From positions 6,102,575-6,166,574 of the forward strand of contig JAHRHZ010000070.1 in NCBI GenBank assembly GCA_024137785.1: a stretch of DNA of 64,000 nucleotides, written 5' to 3'. The notes below the pieces were generated by a model. The model saw only the letters and a program-made list of their open reading frames with translations. It made no database searches and was not told where the DNA came from. The stretch comes from Ginglymostoma cirratum (taxonomy: Eukaryota). Both the position numbers and the translations under genes were made by a program. Each line of letters begins with the position of its first letter. The first letter of the stretch is position 1. Shown here one piece after another: positions 38,405 to 51,531 of the stretch.

Positions 38405-39064
38405 GTGAGTGTTTTGAGGACTTACGTGGTGTGCTGTGCTCACTTTTCGTGAGTAGTTCCATGTGACATTGTTCCCTATCCTCCTGCATACCACTTGGGC
38501 TAAGCATATGCAATTAATAGAGTGATTCACAAGAATAGCAGTGTATTTTGGATGTATGCAGGCATTAAACATAGGGTTGTGCGCTGCAAGCTTCATTCAT
38601 ACTATAACTTGTCTACACTGTGGACAAAGCTGTGGAGTTTATTCCTGTTCTTTAGAGATTTGTCTAGTTCGAAAAAGGTTTGAAATATTAGTCATTCAGA
38701 GTATGTGGGGTTTATTCTTGTTGCTGAGACAAGACTGGTTTCTGGATTAAGCTTTTTTCATTTGACAATCAGACCCGGAAAGTATTGCTAAAAGTGCATG
38801 TCTAGACTCGATTTGAGAAGCTAAAAATAAGTTATTGTTAAACCAGCAAATTCTAAGTTCCTAATGTAAACCTGCATATGCTCCAGTAGGTTGAGGTTCA
38901 GTTAAGTCAGCAATGTGGTGGGAACAGGCAATGGCTAATGATCACCTGAGTGAATGTTACCAATAAACTCACTGAAATACCCCACTATCCTCTTGTCTTA
39001 GAGAAAAAAAATCTGAAGGTAATTCCCCATTAACTAATAGTTTTCTTTAAAACTATTCTGACAG

Positions 39065-39181
39065 ATAAAACTGCGGAACTGGAGAAAATGCCCACTGCAA
39101 ATTTGCTTCCAACATTTCCCCCCAGCATGACTCCACCCCAAACAGATTTATTTGGGGCTTCACCTTTTGTATCTGGAACAG
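39065..39181 (+). CDS. AAK1: AAK1-like C-terminal exon (DKTAELEKMPTANLLPTFPPSMTPPQTDLFGASPFVSGT)
   Basis: ctgacag|AT ... ACAG|gtttgt, 117 bp, phase 1-1, open frame. Resembles recalled human ...[23 protein letters not shown]. Confidence 0.78.
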
Positions 39182-39531
39182 GTTTGTATTAGGATTTGTG
39201 TAATCTATCAGCAGCTGTGGACTCCTGGTAATTTTGCTACCATGATTGATCACAAATCAGTATTTTTCTGACAGTCATTTAATACAACACTTAGCATTGT
39301 TTTGAATTTTCAGTATGCAATAGAAGTGAACCTGTTTGATAGAAAATAATTAAGGGAGTCCTCTGATCCATTGATGCAAGCAAAGTCTCTTTTTAATTTG
39401 GCTTATACTTTAAATTTAGTCACTAATATACAGCTCACCTAATTATTATTATTATTATGCATAAAATTCTTTCTATTACTTTCTCATACTGTTTTTTTTC
39501 TTCCAACTACTCTCCTTTTACATTTCCTAAG

Positions 39532-39627
39532 AAGTTAAAATATCTATGGAAGCTTCATTTCTAGAATTTAGCTCATCAGCTGCTATTTCTGGTCCTTTTA
39601 TACATGTACCACTATCTGACTTCCCAG
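39532..39627 (+). CDS. AAK1: AAK1-like C-terminal exon (EVKISMEASFLEFSSSAAISGPFIHVPLSDFP)
   Basis: Long pyrimidine tract and taag|AA (NAGNAG) acceptor, strong CCAG|gtaaga donor, 96 bp, phase 1-1. The end resembles recalled SVSDPFIPLQVPDAP. Confidence 0.72.
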
Positions 39628-39869
39628 GTAAGAATGAATAAATAATGAGTCTTAGTGTTTTGGTCTCTTGAGGATTATCACAGTGAATGAGGGCAGGGCA
39701 GAAGAACAAGTTTCCCACAATTAATTCTTCTGATTTGAATTCTGCCTTAGTAATTTTTATTTACTTTGAAAAGTATACATTAAGAATGTCTCTTACGCGT
39801 GATCTTGTGCAAAACTTAAAAGATGAGTGTAATTGTTGAACCAGTAAAACAGGTATGTGTGTAGGTGTA

Positions 39870-40045
39870 TAAAATAAAAACAAAGTTCAGGAGAAACTAA
39901 GCAGGTCTGACCACTTGAGTTCAAGAAAAGCCATATTCTACTCCAAATGTTAACTGTTTCTCTCTCCAAAGTTGCTTCCAGATCTGAATTTTTCTAGCAT
40001 TTTGTTTATATTTCAGATTTCCAGCAGTGTTTTGCTTTTATTTTG
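39870..40045. mobile_element. Old MER6-like/Penelope-terminus-derived partial palindrome (related remnants at ~21925-22035 and ~30310-30480)
   Basis: aaaacaaagttcaggagaaactaagcaggtctg is loosely complementary to cagatctgaatttttctagcattttgttt; tail tttcagatttccagcag...ttttgctttt. Confidence 0.5.
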
Positions 40046-42492
40046 CTTGTTATTTTCTGGAATTAGTGTTATAGTACATAGGGAAAAGAATTGTTTACAG
40101 TTTATCAAAATAAAAATCAAGTTATAATTAAATCCACTATAATTTTATTCCAATGCTGCCTGACCAGATTTTAAAAAGAATCCTTTGAGTGCAGTCCGCT
40201 TCTAATAGCGCGAACGCTTCAGCCGGAAGTATTGAGTGGATGACCCATCATCACCTCTTCTAGAGATCCCAAACATTACACCTGCCAATTCAAAAGACTA
40301 TGGGACCTGACCGTATTCTGGTAATGGTACAATGTGAAAAATTGCCCAGGTATGCCCTGTGTGCAAAAAGCAGCGCAAATCTAAACCTGCCACTTACTGT
40401 CCCATCATTCCACTATCGGATAATCAGAAAGGTAATGGAAGATGTCATCAACAGTGCTGTCAAGTAGCCCTTGCTTAGCAATAACCTGCTCACTACTGCT
40501 GAATTTGTGTTCTGCCTGGTATCTCAATTCCTGACTGCATTGTAGGCTTGGTTCAAATGTGGACAAGAGAACTGAACTCCCAAAGGGAAGGTGGGAGGTG
40601 AAAGTGACTGCCCTTGACATCGGTGCAGCATTTGACCAAGTTTAGCATCAAGGAGCTCTTGCCAGACTTGAGCCACTGGGAATCGGGGTGAGAGGGGACT
40701 GGCCACAGGATGAAGTCATACACAGCATTAAGGAGGATGGTTGTGGCTATTAGAATTTCAGTCATCCCAGTTCTAGGACACTGCTGTTTGAGTTTGTAAG
40801 GGTAGTGTCCTAGCCCCAACATCTTCTGCTTCACCAACTACTTTCCCTCTTTTATATAAGGTCAGAGATGGGCAGGTTCACTGTTGATTGTGGTTGTTCA
40901 GTACCATTTACAGCTCCTCATGCTAAAGTCTGTGTCCGTTAGAAAGACTTCATTTTGGACTAAGCCTCTTTTTCCTTAAAAATAATTTACCCCGACATCA
41001 TCCAATACACTTTTAAACCAGTGTTTCCCAACTAATATGCACAGGTTACAAGTTTACAGAAAGATCCTGACACTAGATTCCAAAATGAAGGTCTTTTTCA
41101 TTCGTGGGATGGCTGGCTGGGGAGGCATTTACTGCTCATCCATAATTGTCCTTGAGAAGGCAGTGGTGAGCTGCCTTTTTGAATCAGTGCAGTCCATTTG
41201 GTGTAGGTATACCCACAATACCGTTAGAGAGGCTGTTACAAGATTTTGATCCAACAAGAAGTAGGAAGAAGTAGATGGCACGTGGGCAGTCATGTGATAA
41301 CAAATGAACATAGTTACAATGTAGGGGATGTCTTTGACTATATTTCCGAAGGTGAAATAAACATTTTTGTTTAATTTTGCTGCTGTCAAACAGTTGACCT
41401 GTTGATTTGTTTTGGAAATGGTAAGGACAACTTCTGCTTTGTTTCTTAAGATCTAATTAGAAAGTGAGATTCACTAAAATGGAATGTATGATTAAAAATT
41501 ATTCAAAATATCTAAATAATCCATTCCATTTGTATGATTGCATGCAAAGTAATGTGTTGGATTATGGACTGTAGGTAGAACTGCAAAATGTTGAGAAAAT
41601 TTTGATGTTTGTGTATCCAAAATATCCTTTGTTTCCAAAGTGCTGTTGGTGTTTCATATGCTTGCAAATTTGTCTCCGTTGCTGCTGGAGTAGAATTATT
41701 TGTTGTATGCATCCAGAAATTATTATTCCTACATCAATCATAATAGTTCATATTGGTAGACTATTTAGCTGATTAGCTGTTGCTTCTGAGCCCAGTTCTT
41801 TTCCATAGATTACTACTTTCAAATAGTAAATATTTCACCCAATCAGGAATCTGAATCCTCATCAATATCCAGCTCGGGGTTTTTAGATCATATTGCAGCA
41901 CCCTTACCATTAACAGATGAGTAAATGCTAGCACAGCAGTAATGGAACCCAAAGATTTTCTGTCTGTGATTGCTAATCACAAAATATACTGGCATGAGCC
42001 ATCAGGTCAGCTGCTGTTTCAACAGGCCTGGGACCTATATGACTAGCCTTAAAATGAAATCTTCCTTTGAATGACTGGACTTAGAATGTCCATTAATTTC
42101 TTCCATCGTAAATGGACTGTCATTCCCATTGTTGTTTGTATTTTTGAAATTATTTTTTAAAAATTGAATTAACATGGTGATTATCAATGGAGAATGCTTG
42201 TTCTTATGTTTTGCTTTTTGTTCTAGTGCAAAATATCAAATGTACTGGAATCCATTCACTTGAGACAAATTTCACAAAGAATAAAACTTAACAAGGGTCA
42301 CCTCAAAGAAAATTGAATTGACTAGATATGATTTACACTTTGAATATTTTTTAAAAAAACACTTTTTAAGGAAACACTTGCACTGCATGTTCTATAGAAT
42401 GGATTTTGCTGTATTTTTGCTCACTTTTCTGTCCTGCAACCTCTTTGTGTCATTATGTTCTTTCTTCTGCTATTCCTATTGCACCTTCTCAG

Positions 42493-42597
42493 GTAACTGT
42501 GCTGGGGATGACTCACTTTCACATTCCAGCATCCTTACTCCTGCTTCAGCTGACAGCATTGACCCTTTTACCCCTACTGTATCTTCTAAACAGACTG
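42493..42597 (+). CDS. AAK1: AAK1-like C-terminal exon (GNCAGDDSLSHSSILTPASADSIDPFTPTVSSKQT)
   Basis: cttctcag|GT ... ACTG|gtaaga, 105 bp, phase 1-1. DPF motif; resembles recalled DSLTGEDSLLDCSLL. Confidence 0.8.
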
Positions 42598-43034
42598 GTA
42601 AGATGAGATGGCAGATGATTTTATTTTGTATGAATGTTGCTTATTCTGAAACCGAGGAGACATCAATTTCTAGTTAATATGAAAAAGCATACAAAAACAA
42701 AATCGTAAACGTTTAATTGGTTGTAATTGGTAAGTACTGTAGAGTATTTATTTTATTGTGAAAATTCTGCACTGGTGTAAGGTAAAACCCCGCACAATTT
42801 AACAACTTTCCATATTACTGAAAGGCTGTCGAGTGTTGTATTTGTCAGGGAATTCGCTGGCAGAATTGTGGCTCATTATAGGCCCCATGTATTAAGAATA
42901 ATTTTAACAAGACAATGTAAATTCATTGAAGTGTGCCATTCTCTCCCACTCTTGCTACTTTCATTCCAAATTGTGTAACTCTGTTTTCCCTACTTGATCA
43001 TGTCTGTCCTTTGCATTCTTTTTGCCTTTTTCAG

Positions 43035-43073
43035 CACGTCATCTGTCAACAACTCATGATTCCAAATCTGATG
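43035..43073 (+). CDS. Possible 39-bp micro-exon (RHLSTTHDSKSD)
   Basis: Strong pyrimidine tract and tttcag acceptor. A weak G|gtgtga donor keeps phase 1-1 before the terminal exon. No recognisable homology. Confidence 0.3.
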
Positions 43074-43166
43074 GTGTGAGTGCAATTAGGAATGTAGTTC
43101 ACAAAAATCCAGTTGTGCATGATGCTTACAAATAACCTAGTAAAGTGATATTTTTTACTTTTCTAG

Positions 43167-43261
43167 GTGGTCATTCAAAGAACCGCAGTGGGAGTTCAGA
43201 GAACAGTCTTCCTGGTCTAGCTAGGTCTTTTCTGCTTGTGGATCAGCTTATAGACCTTTAA
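43167..43261 (+). CDS. AAK1: AAK1 canonical terminal coding exon ([30 protein letters not shown])
   Basis: ttctag|GT acceptor; TAA at 43259-43261. Very close to the recalled AAK1 C-terminus [31 protein letters not shown] (clathrin-box-like LIDL), which supports AAK1 over BMP2K. Confidence 0.93.
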
Positions 43262-45974
43262 TGACCCTGCCATTAACCTATCTGCATATTACTTACCTGC
43301 ACCCTTGAGTAGAAACCCCATTCCAAAGAAAGCATGGTAAAATCAAAATACCTCAGTTGAATGCCACGCCTACCAAGACATGATTGTAACAAGATGCAAT
43401 GGAGATTCTACTAAAAATTAAATGACTATTCATCAAGGCCTTCCTTCACCTTGTACCTGCCTGTGTGCCGTTCATATGCATATACCAGAAAACTGCTTGG
43501 ATATCCCATCACCTTTTAAAACCTCTTCCTACCTTCCTGTCTTGTGTTGTAACGTTTTTTTAGCAGGAACTTTGGCTCAATATACCTCAGCATTTTTGTG
43601 CATTGTATGATAAAAGTGTGCATAGCTACAATATTCTTTAGTTGCGCAAAGTGATTAGTTAATTTGAAACTGCAGTACTGAATACCGTTTGTCTTTGAAT
43701 TTAATTTTATAGCTTGGAACGTTGTAAACTAACAGTGCCTGGATTCTACTACTTGCAGTTGTAGTGGCATTGAGGACTGATATTAACTCGCATGATACTT
43801 AACTACGTACTGATGTGAAAACATGCAGCTTATTTTGCACTGCTTTATTACTTTGCCTTTGTTTGCAATGCATTAGTATGTTCTTCAGTTAATTGGTCAC
43901 TTTTGCTCTCAAGTATTTTGTAAATGTACTTTTTTTCCCCTGCTAACATTGTTCTAACCTCATTACCTGAATGTCAATAACAGAATTTCAATTATTTGTT
44001 ATTAATTTGTTATTTTGAATTTCAACTTGAATAACCTGTTTTAACTTGATGTACAGCCATACAAATGAAATGTCATCTAGTCACGTGGGGCTAAGTAGTA
44101 TTGAGTGCAATACGTTCGATGCTGCACACAAGTAATCTTCCATAACATGATTTTAAAAGTTGCTTTTTATTTGCAGGAGGTTCTTTATTTTTGACTAGAG
44201 AGTAAAACAACCATTGTCGATGGTCTAAAAATGTATATGTGTTACACACACATTTGTCTAACTCTATCTTTCCTACATGTTCTAAACCACATGAGGATTT
44301 TGAGGTTTCATATAGATTGAATTAGTCCCCAAAATCTATTGCACAACTCTTGGGAGTAAAAGAGAAAGAAATCATTTCTATTTAATTCAGTTTAGAATTT
44401 GGCTCTCAATTTAGTCAGTTAGACTTCAAACAATCATATTTTCAATGACTGTTTTTGTAGGATTATTAATCAAAGTAGCTATAATGAATACCGAAATAGA
44501 AGCTTAGTTATTGAATGATGGCTGGTGTGGATCTGAAATAGGTGATGAGCTTTTACAAAAGGTGACTCAGGTAACTTTGCTAGATAAATGTAGATTAGAT
44601 AAATGAAACAGCAGTAAAGTTACAACTTCCAGGTTAGCTGTAAATATTTCAAATAGGGTGAAGATAATGATGGAGAAGTCATCTTCCTGATGTCTTATGT
44701 CTAATATGAGGACTGTTACTAGATGTCTCAATGTGCAATGTTGACTATTTAATAAATCACTTGGTTTAACAGGGTTTTTAAGAATATAAAGCTTTGCACT
44801 ATATTTTTCATTGTGATTAAATCTCAGGATAGATCCTGCTTCCCTGTTTATCAAGTAGCTATTTCTGGTGGGTGTGAGCCTAAAGTATGATGCAGTGTTT
44901 CTGCACTTGTTATTTTGAATATATTCCCACTAGGCTAGTGTTGAATGACTGACTGCAACAAATGGATGACTAAAATGTGATTATTTAAAACACATACATG
45001 CTGCAAATAAATTTGAAAACATTTTCACATTTACATGAAATAATGCTTTTCTGGTTTATTAATTTTGTATGTCTGCACCATGCTATTAGTTTACTGCGGA
45101 AGTGTTCATTAGAGCGTCGTGCTTTGCAAGAACAAGGGGGAGTCTAAGTTACGACTCTATGCTGAGAATATTGAACTACGACATTGCAAATGCAGTCAAA
45201 TTTCAGGGAGAATATCTTAGCTTTTTATATTTTAAAAAAAAGTCTCTGGATATGAACATCAGTGATACCAGCATTCATTGCCGTTCCCTACTTGCACTTC
45301 AGAGGTGATCCTGAGCTGCCGCTTTGAACTACAGCATCTTCGGTGAAGACAATAAGTGTTATTAAGGAGGGAGTTGCAGGATTTTAATTCAATGGTAGTG
45401 AACAAATGGTGATGTATTTCCAAGTAAGAATGGTTTGTGACTTCAGGAAGCAAATTAGATGTGATGTTCTCTCTTGCTGTTTTGCCACCACCTGGGTGGC
45501 AAGGTTGTTGGTTTAAGAAATACTTTTGGAGAAACAATTTTGTAGTACTTCGTAACTTTCTGGAGCATTTGTAATTACAGTGAATTATTCAACATAGTAT
45601 TTCATGATTTGTAAAATTCATATTAGAATCAGGATTGGTATCAATTTTAAAAATGTTGTCGATATTAGGCAACTTTATAAATTGATAAGATGACTCAGGA
45701 AATCAAATTACAGTTGTTTATTTTATACTCCTGTTTGGAGACCTAGTCTTATCATGGAAATGTGTAAATTTCTCTCTGGTAGGTTACAAAATAGCTTCAA
45801 GCTTAATCTACATTGTTGCAACATCTGTCTCACATTACTTGCTTCCCCCCCCACCACCACCACCACCACCACACAATCTCTCTCACTCTCACACACACGC
45901 ACACCTGGCTCTAGTTTGCTGATAATGCAGCTCCTATACCTTTACCCTGTCGTCGTGTTTTTTTGGTTCTCATT

Positions 45975-48900
45975 TAGTACAGTACAGTACAGGAACAGGC
46001 CCTTCAGCGCATGATGTTGTGTTGAACATGACACCAAATTAAACTAATCCCTTCTGCATGCCCATGGCCCATATCCCTTCATTCCTTGTTTAGTCGTGTG
46101 CCTATCTAAAAGCCCCTTAAATGTTCCCATCATATCTGCCTCCACCACTACTCTTAGTAGCATGTTCCAGACACCTGCCAAACTTGTGCCCCATATCTCC
46201 TTTAAACTTACCCCTCCTCACCTTAAATGCATGCCGTCTAGTATCAGAAGTTTAAATTCAGGGTTGACAGTCAGAATCTTTTTCCCAATCAATGCCTCTC
46301 ATAATTTTATAAACTTGTTTCAAGTCTCCCCTCGGTCTCCACCACTCCAGAGAAAACAACCCCAGTTTGTCCAGCCTCTCCTCATAACTCATACCCTGTA
46401 ATCCAGGCCACATGCTGGTAAACCTCTTCTGTACCGTCTCCAAAACTGCCACATCCTGTAACGTGGTGACCAAAATTGAACGCAATACTCGAAGTGTGGC
46501 CTCACCAAAATTTTATAAAGCTTTTTTCCTGGCTCTTGTACTCAGTGTCCTGATCAATAAAAGCAAGCATGCCATACACCACCTTTTCCACCTTATCTAC
46601 TTGTTGGCCACTTTCGGGGAGCTTTGGACTAGGACCCCAAGATTCCTCTGTACATCAGTGCTGTTAAGGGTTCTGCCATTAACTCTATATTTTCCCTTAA
46701 TATTTGATCCTCTAAAGTTCAACAGCTCACACTTGCCTGGATTAAACTCCATCTGCCACTTCTCTGCCCATTTCTGCAACTAATCTAAATCCACTGTATC
46801 TTTGACAACCTTCTACACTATCCACAATTCCCCTGATCTTTGTGGCATCTGCAAACTTACTAACCCACCCATGTATGTTTTCATGCAAGTCGTTTATGTA
46901 AATCACAAGCAACAAGCACAGATCCCTGCAGAACGCTACTAGTCACGGACCTCCAGCCAGAAAAACACCTTTCCACCCCTACCCTCTGACTTGTATGGGC
47001 AAACCAATTCTGAATCCAAACACCCAAGTCCCTGTGGATCCCATGCATCTTGATCTTCTCGATGAGCCCACCATGAGGGACCTTGTTGAAAGCCTTACTA
47101 AAATCCATGTAAACAACATCCACTGCTCTACCGTCATCGATCACCCTCATTGCCTCCTCAAAAAAAAAATCAATCGAGTTAGTAAGATGTGACCTGCCCT
47201 GCACAAAGCCATGCTGCCTGTCCCTAATTAGGCCATGCTTTTCCAAATGCATGTAAATTGTATCCCCAAGAAACCTCTCCAGTAGCTTCCCAATCACCGA
47301 TGTGAGACTCACCTGCCTGTAATTTCCCAGATTATCTTTATTTGCCGTCTTGAATAGAGGAACAGCATCAGCGACCTGTCAGTCCTCAGGGACCTGTCCG
47401 GTGACTAGAGAGGATGCAAAGATCTTGGTCAAGACCCCAGCAATCTCCTTGCCTCGCTCAATAACCTCTGGTAGATCCCATCCGCCACTGGGGACTTACC
47501 CACCTTAATGCTTTTCAAGAGACCCAACACCACTTCTTTCTTGACCTCAAAATGCCATAGCATATTAGCATGTCCCGCACTATCCTGTATGTCCCTCTTG
47601 GTGAATACCAACGCAAAGTACTCATTTAGGATCTTGCCCATAGCCTCTGCCTACAAGCAGAATGTCACTGCATTATCCTTGCCTGGGCCTACATTCTCCC
47701 TTATTATTGTCTTGCTTTTAACATATGTATAAAATGCCTTGGGATTCTCTTTAACCCTACTTGCCAAGGACATTTCATCATCCTTCCTTGCTCTCCTAAT
47801 TTCCTGCTTGAATTCTTTTTTGCTTTCTTTATATTCTTCATGGGCCCTGTCCAATTTTAGCTTTCCAAACCTTACATGTGCTTCCTTTTTCTTTTTGACT
47901 AAATTCGCAACCTCCCTCATCATCCAAAGGTCACATGCCTTGCTATCCTTACAGATCTGTTCCTTAATATCCCGGTGACTGTTAGGGGTGGCGCTATAAT
48001 ATAATCCCATTAGAATGATTGCACCTTTCATATTTTTGAGCTCTACCCAAATTGCCTCAGTGAATGAGCCCTCCAGTATGTCCTTTGATTAGTAATGCAA
48101 CTCTTCCACCTCCCTCTCTATCTCATGTAAAACATCAGAACACTGACATGTCGAGCAGCCATTCGTGTCCCCCTCTCAACCAGGTCTCTAATGGCTACAA
48201 CATCGTAATCTCCTGTATTGATCCAGGCTCTAAGTCCATCTGCCTTACCCATAATACTCCTTACATTGAAATAAACAAACTTCAGCCCATCTGTCCCATT
48301 GTGTTCATTAACCTGTCCCCGTCTGTCTGTCCTTTCAGAATCACTGGTTATAACATCAACCTTCCCTTCAATTCCTCCACTAGCTGACCTGACGCTCTGG
48401 TTCCCAACCCCCGCCACTCTAGTTTAAACCCTCCCAAGTAGCACTAGCAAACCTCCTTGTGAGGATATTGGTTCCTATCCAGTTTAGGCGCAACCCGTCA
48501 CTTCTAAACAGGTCACCCCCACTCCAGAAGAGGTCCCAATGATCCAAGAACCTGAAACCCTGTCCTCTGCGCCAATTCCTTAGCCATGCATTCTTCTGAC
48601 TGCTTTCCTATTTCTACACTTGCTACTACGTGGCACTGGGAGTAATCAAGAGATTACACCCTTTAATGTCTTGCTGTTTAACTGACTGCTTAGCTCCCTG
48701 AATCCCTGGTGCAAGGCATCATTCCTCACTTTGCCCATATCATTGGTATCATTGGTACCATCATGTACCATGAGCTTTAACTCATCACCCTCCCCTTTCA
48801 AGATGTCCTGCAGCCATTCAGTGACATCCCTGACCCTGGCAGAAGGGAGGCAACCCACCATCCAGGAGTCATGTCTCGGCCACGGAAGTGGCTGTCTCTA

Positions 48901-49050
48901 TCACTATTGCTATTCCTTTCATCTTCCTTCCCTCCCTGTGCAGCCAAGCTGCTTGCAGTACTCCAAAGTATCTGCACCCTCATCAGCCTCCAAAATGGAG
49001 TATAGGTTAGTGAGTGGGAGCCCAGGGGACTCCTGTAGTACCTGCCTGCT
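45975..49050 (-). mobile_element. Degraded near-full-length CR1 LINE (ORF1 esterase, APE endonuclease and RT fragments)
   Basis: Fragments CLPSARVRDV/GTND, LKFVYFNVRSI, QHGFVQGRS, MDFSKAFNKVPH, WAEKWQMEFNPGKC; many frameshifts. Confidence 0.88.
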
Positions 49051-49055
49051 CTTTC

Positions 49056-49320
49056 ATGGAGTCCGTACAGTGTGAAAACAGGCCATTCAGCCCAGCAAGT
49101 CCACACCGCCCGCCCGAAGACCATCCCATCCAAACCCATTCCCCTACCCCTGCATTTTCCCATGTCTAACCCACCTAACCTAAACATCCCTAGGCACTAC
49201 GGGCAATGTAGCATGGCCTATCCACCGACCCTGTACATCTTTAGACTGTGGAAGGAAACTGGAGCACCTGGAGGAAACCCACACAGACAGTCGCCCAAGG
49301 GTGGATTTGAACCCCGGTCC
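49056..49320 (-). mobile_element. HE1-type SINE, truncated
   Basis: gtacagtgtgaaaacaggccattcagccc...ggatttgaaccccggtcc. Confidence 0.8.
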
Positions 49321-49989
49321 AAGTTATTGTCTCACCAGTGCAAATTTAGGATGACTTAATCTGTATGAAGATGTCTGTGTATCTTGCGAATAATGATTTC
49401 GCCTAACTGCCACTTGCCAGTGCATCTCTGAAAAGAATGTCTTCACTGAACCTCCGATAACGCTGGGAGTCAACAGTAAATTTATAGGATTTCAAATTTT
49501 CCGAAATGAACTCATTTCCTTTATATATCTGTTGTGGAAAATTCCTGTTACATTCAATGGTCATTGAGGTCTAAGCATAGAAAAAGGCCCTTCAGCCCAT
49601 CGACTGTGCCAGTCCAAAACAAACACCTAGTTATTGTAATCCTGTTTTCCAGCATTTGGCCCATAGCCTTGGCAACTGCACATCTAAATGCTACTTCGAC
49701 CTTATGAAGGTTTCTGTCGCCACCACCCCTGCAAGCAGAGAGGTCCAGATTCCCACCACCTTCTTTCCATACCTTCTAAATCTTCTGTCCTAAATCTATT
49801 GATCCTTCCACCAAGGGGAAAAGTTTATTTCTTGTCTACTTATCTATGCCCCTCATTATTTTATACATCTCAATTATGTAGCTGCTGAGTCTCCTCTACT
49901 GTATGGCCAGTAATATCAGTCTGTCCAATACTTCTTCATAAATCAAACTCTTCAGCCAAGGCAACATGCTGGTACAACTCCTCTGCGAA

Positions 49990-50732
49990 CTATACGGTAA
50001 ATGGAAAAGCCCTGGGGAAAATTGATGCACAGAGAGATCTGGGTGTTCAGGTTCATTGCACCCTGAAGGTGGCAACGCAGGTCGATAGAGTGGTCAAGAA
50101 GGCATACGGCATGCTTTCTTTCATCAGACCGGGTATTGAATACAAGAGTTGGCAGGTCATGTTACAGTTGTATAGGACTTTGGTTCGACCACATTTGGAA
50201 TACTGCGTACAGTTCTGGTCGCCACATTACCAAAAGGATGTGGATGCTTTGGAGAGGGTGCAGGGGAGATTCACCAGGATGTTGCCTGGCATGGAGGGCA
50301 CTAGCTATGAAGAGAGGTTGAGTAGATTAGGGTTATTTACATTAGAGAGACTGAGGTTGAAGGGGGGCCCTGATTGAGGTGTACAAAATCATGAGAGGTA
50401 TAGACAGGGTGGATAGCAAGAAGCTTTTTCCCAGAGTGAGGGACTCAATTACTGGGGGTCACGATTTCAAGGTGAGAGGGGAAAAGTTTAAGGGAGATAT
50501 GCATGGAAAGTTCTCTGCGCAGAGGGTGGTGGGTGCCTGGAAGGCATTGCCAGTGGGGGTGGTAGAGGCGGGCACGATAGCATCATTTAAGATGTATCTA
50601 GACAGATACATGAATGGGCAGGGAGCAGAGGGATACAGATCCTTGGAAAATAGGCGACAGGTTTAGATAGAGGATCTGGATCGGCGCAGGCTTGGAGGGC
50701 CGAAGGGCCTGTTCCTGTGCTGTAATTTTCTT
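49990..50732 (+). mobile_element. Young 5'-truncated CR1 LINE 3' end, nested in an older CR1
   Basis: ORFs LYRTLVRPHLEYCVQFWSP and YKIMRGIDRV; 3' UTR ggccgaagggcctgttcctgtgctgt. Confidence 0.9.
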
Positions 50733-50907
50733 TGCACAGGACAACATGCAAAGAACAATCAAAACCCTCCTATACTTTGGATTCTAAAATGGCCACAATA
50801 CCCTAGCTATGGTCTAGCCAACATTTTATTCAGTTCCAACATAGCCTCCTGCTCATAAACTCTGTGCCTCAGCTTATGGCAAGTATCCCATATATCAACA
50901 TAATCGC

Positions 50908-51531
50908 TGTGACAATGCTGTGACTTTAAAAAGTTATTTTGTTCTTTTTTTTGAGGTTTTAAGGCGAAGGTGATAAGTCTACCAGAGAGACTAGGGTACA
51001 CAGTTTGAGAGGTCTTTGTTCCAACCTTTCTTTCAAAAGAAAACCATGGATGTGTGTGGCTAGCTCTCTGACCAGGATTTCTAGTTTTTACTTGTTTAGG
51101 TTTAGCTTTAAGCAGAAGCTGTTGGGGTCTGAATAGAGTTGGAAGCTTCAGTGAATGTCTCCTGGCTGCTACTGTCTATGAATTTTCTCTGTTTTTTTAC
51201 CCCTTCCTGGATGGGAGAACCCCTGTATGTGAGAATCTGTCTGAATTTTCCTTTGTGCCAAGGGCTGTGTTTATGTTACTATATTGGAATTAGTAATAGG
51301 TACTGTGTCTATTATTCTGTTAAGTTTTCCAGGAGGGTTGAATTATACTAAATTCCTCTTTAGTTATATTTTAACCACGGTGTTTAAATAAATTGTGTTT
51401 TGCTTAGTAGAGTAGTTTGATCAGTCGTATTGCATCTAGAACAGGCACTTTATATTTGCCTTTAAAAATAAAAAACAATAGGGTGTAGGCTACCTTAAAA
51501 TATCTTGAAGGGTCTGGTCTGGTCCATAACA
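50908..51531 (+). mobile_element. Solo LTR (probably Gypsy-type), 624 bp
   Basis: TGTGA...TAACA termini, near-4-bp TSD (TCGC/CCGC), internal AATAAA; interrupts a CR1. Confidence 0.65.

Noticed and set aside
42227-42291. Candidate short alternative terminal exon (VQNIKCTGIHSLETNFTKNKT*)
   Set aside because: Good acceptor, but no homology or other support; indistinguishable from chance.
45845-45905. Compound (CCA)n/(CT)n/(CA)n microsatellite giving a poly-Thr ORF
   Set aside because: Ordinary simple repeat with no exon signals.
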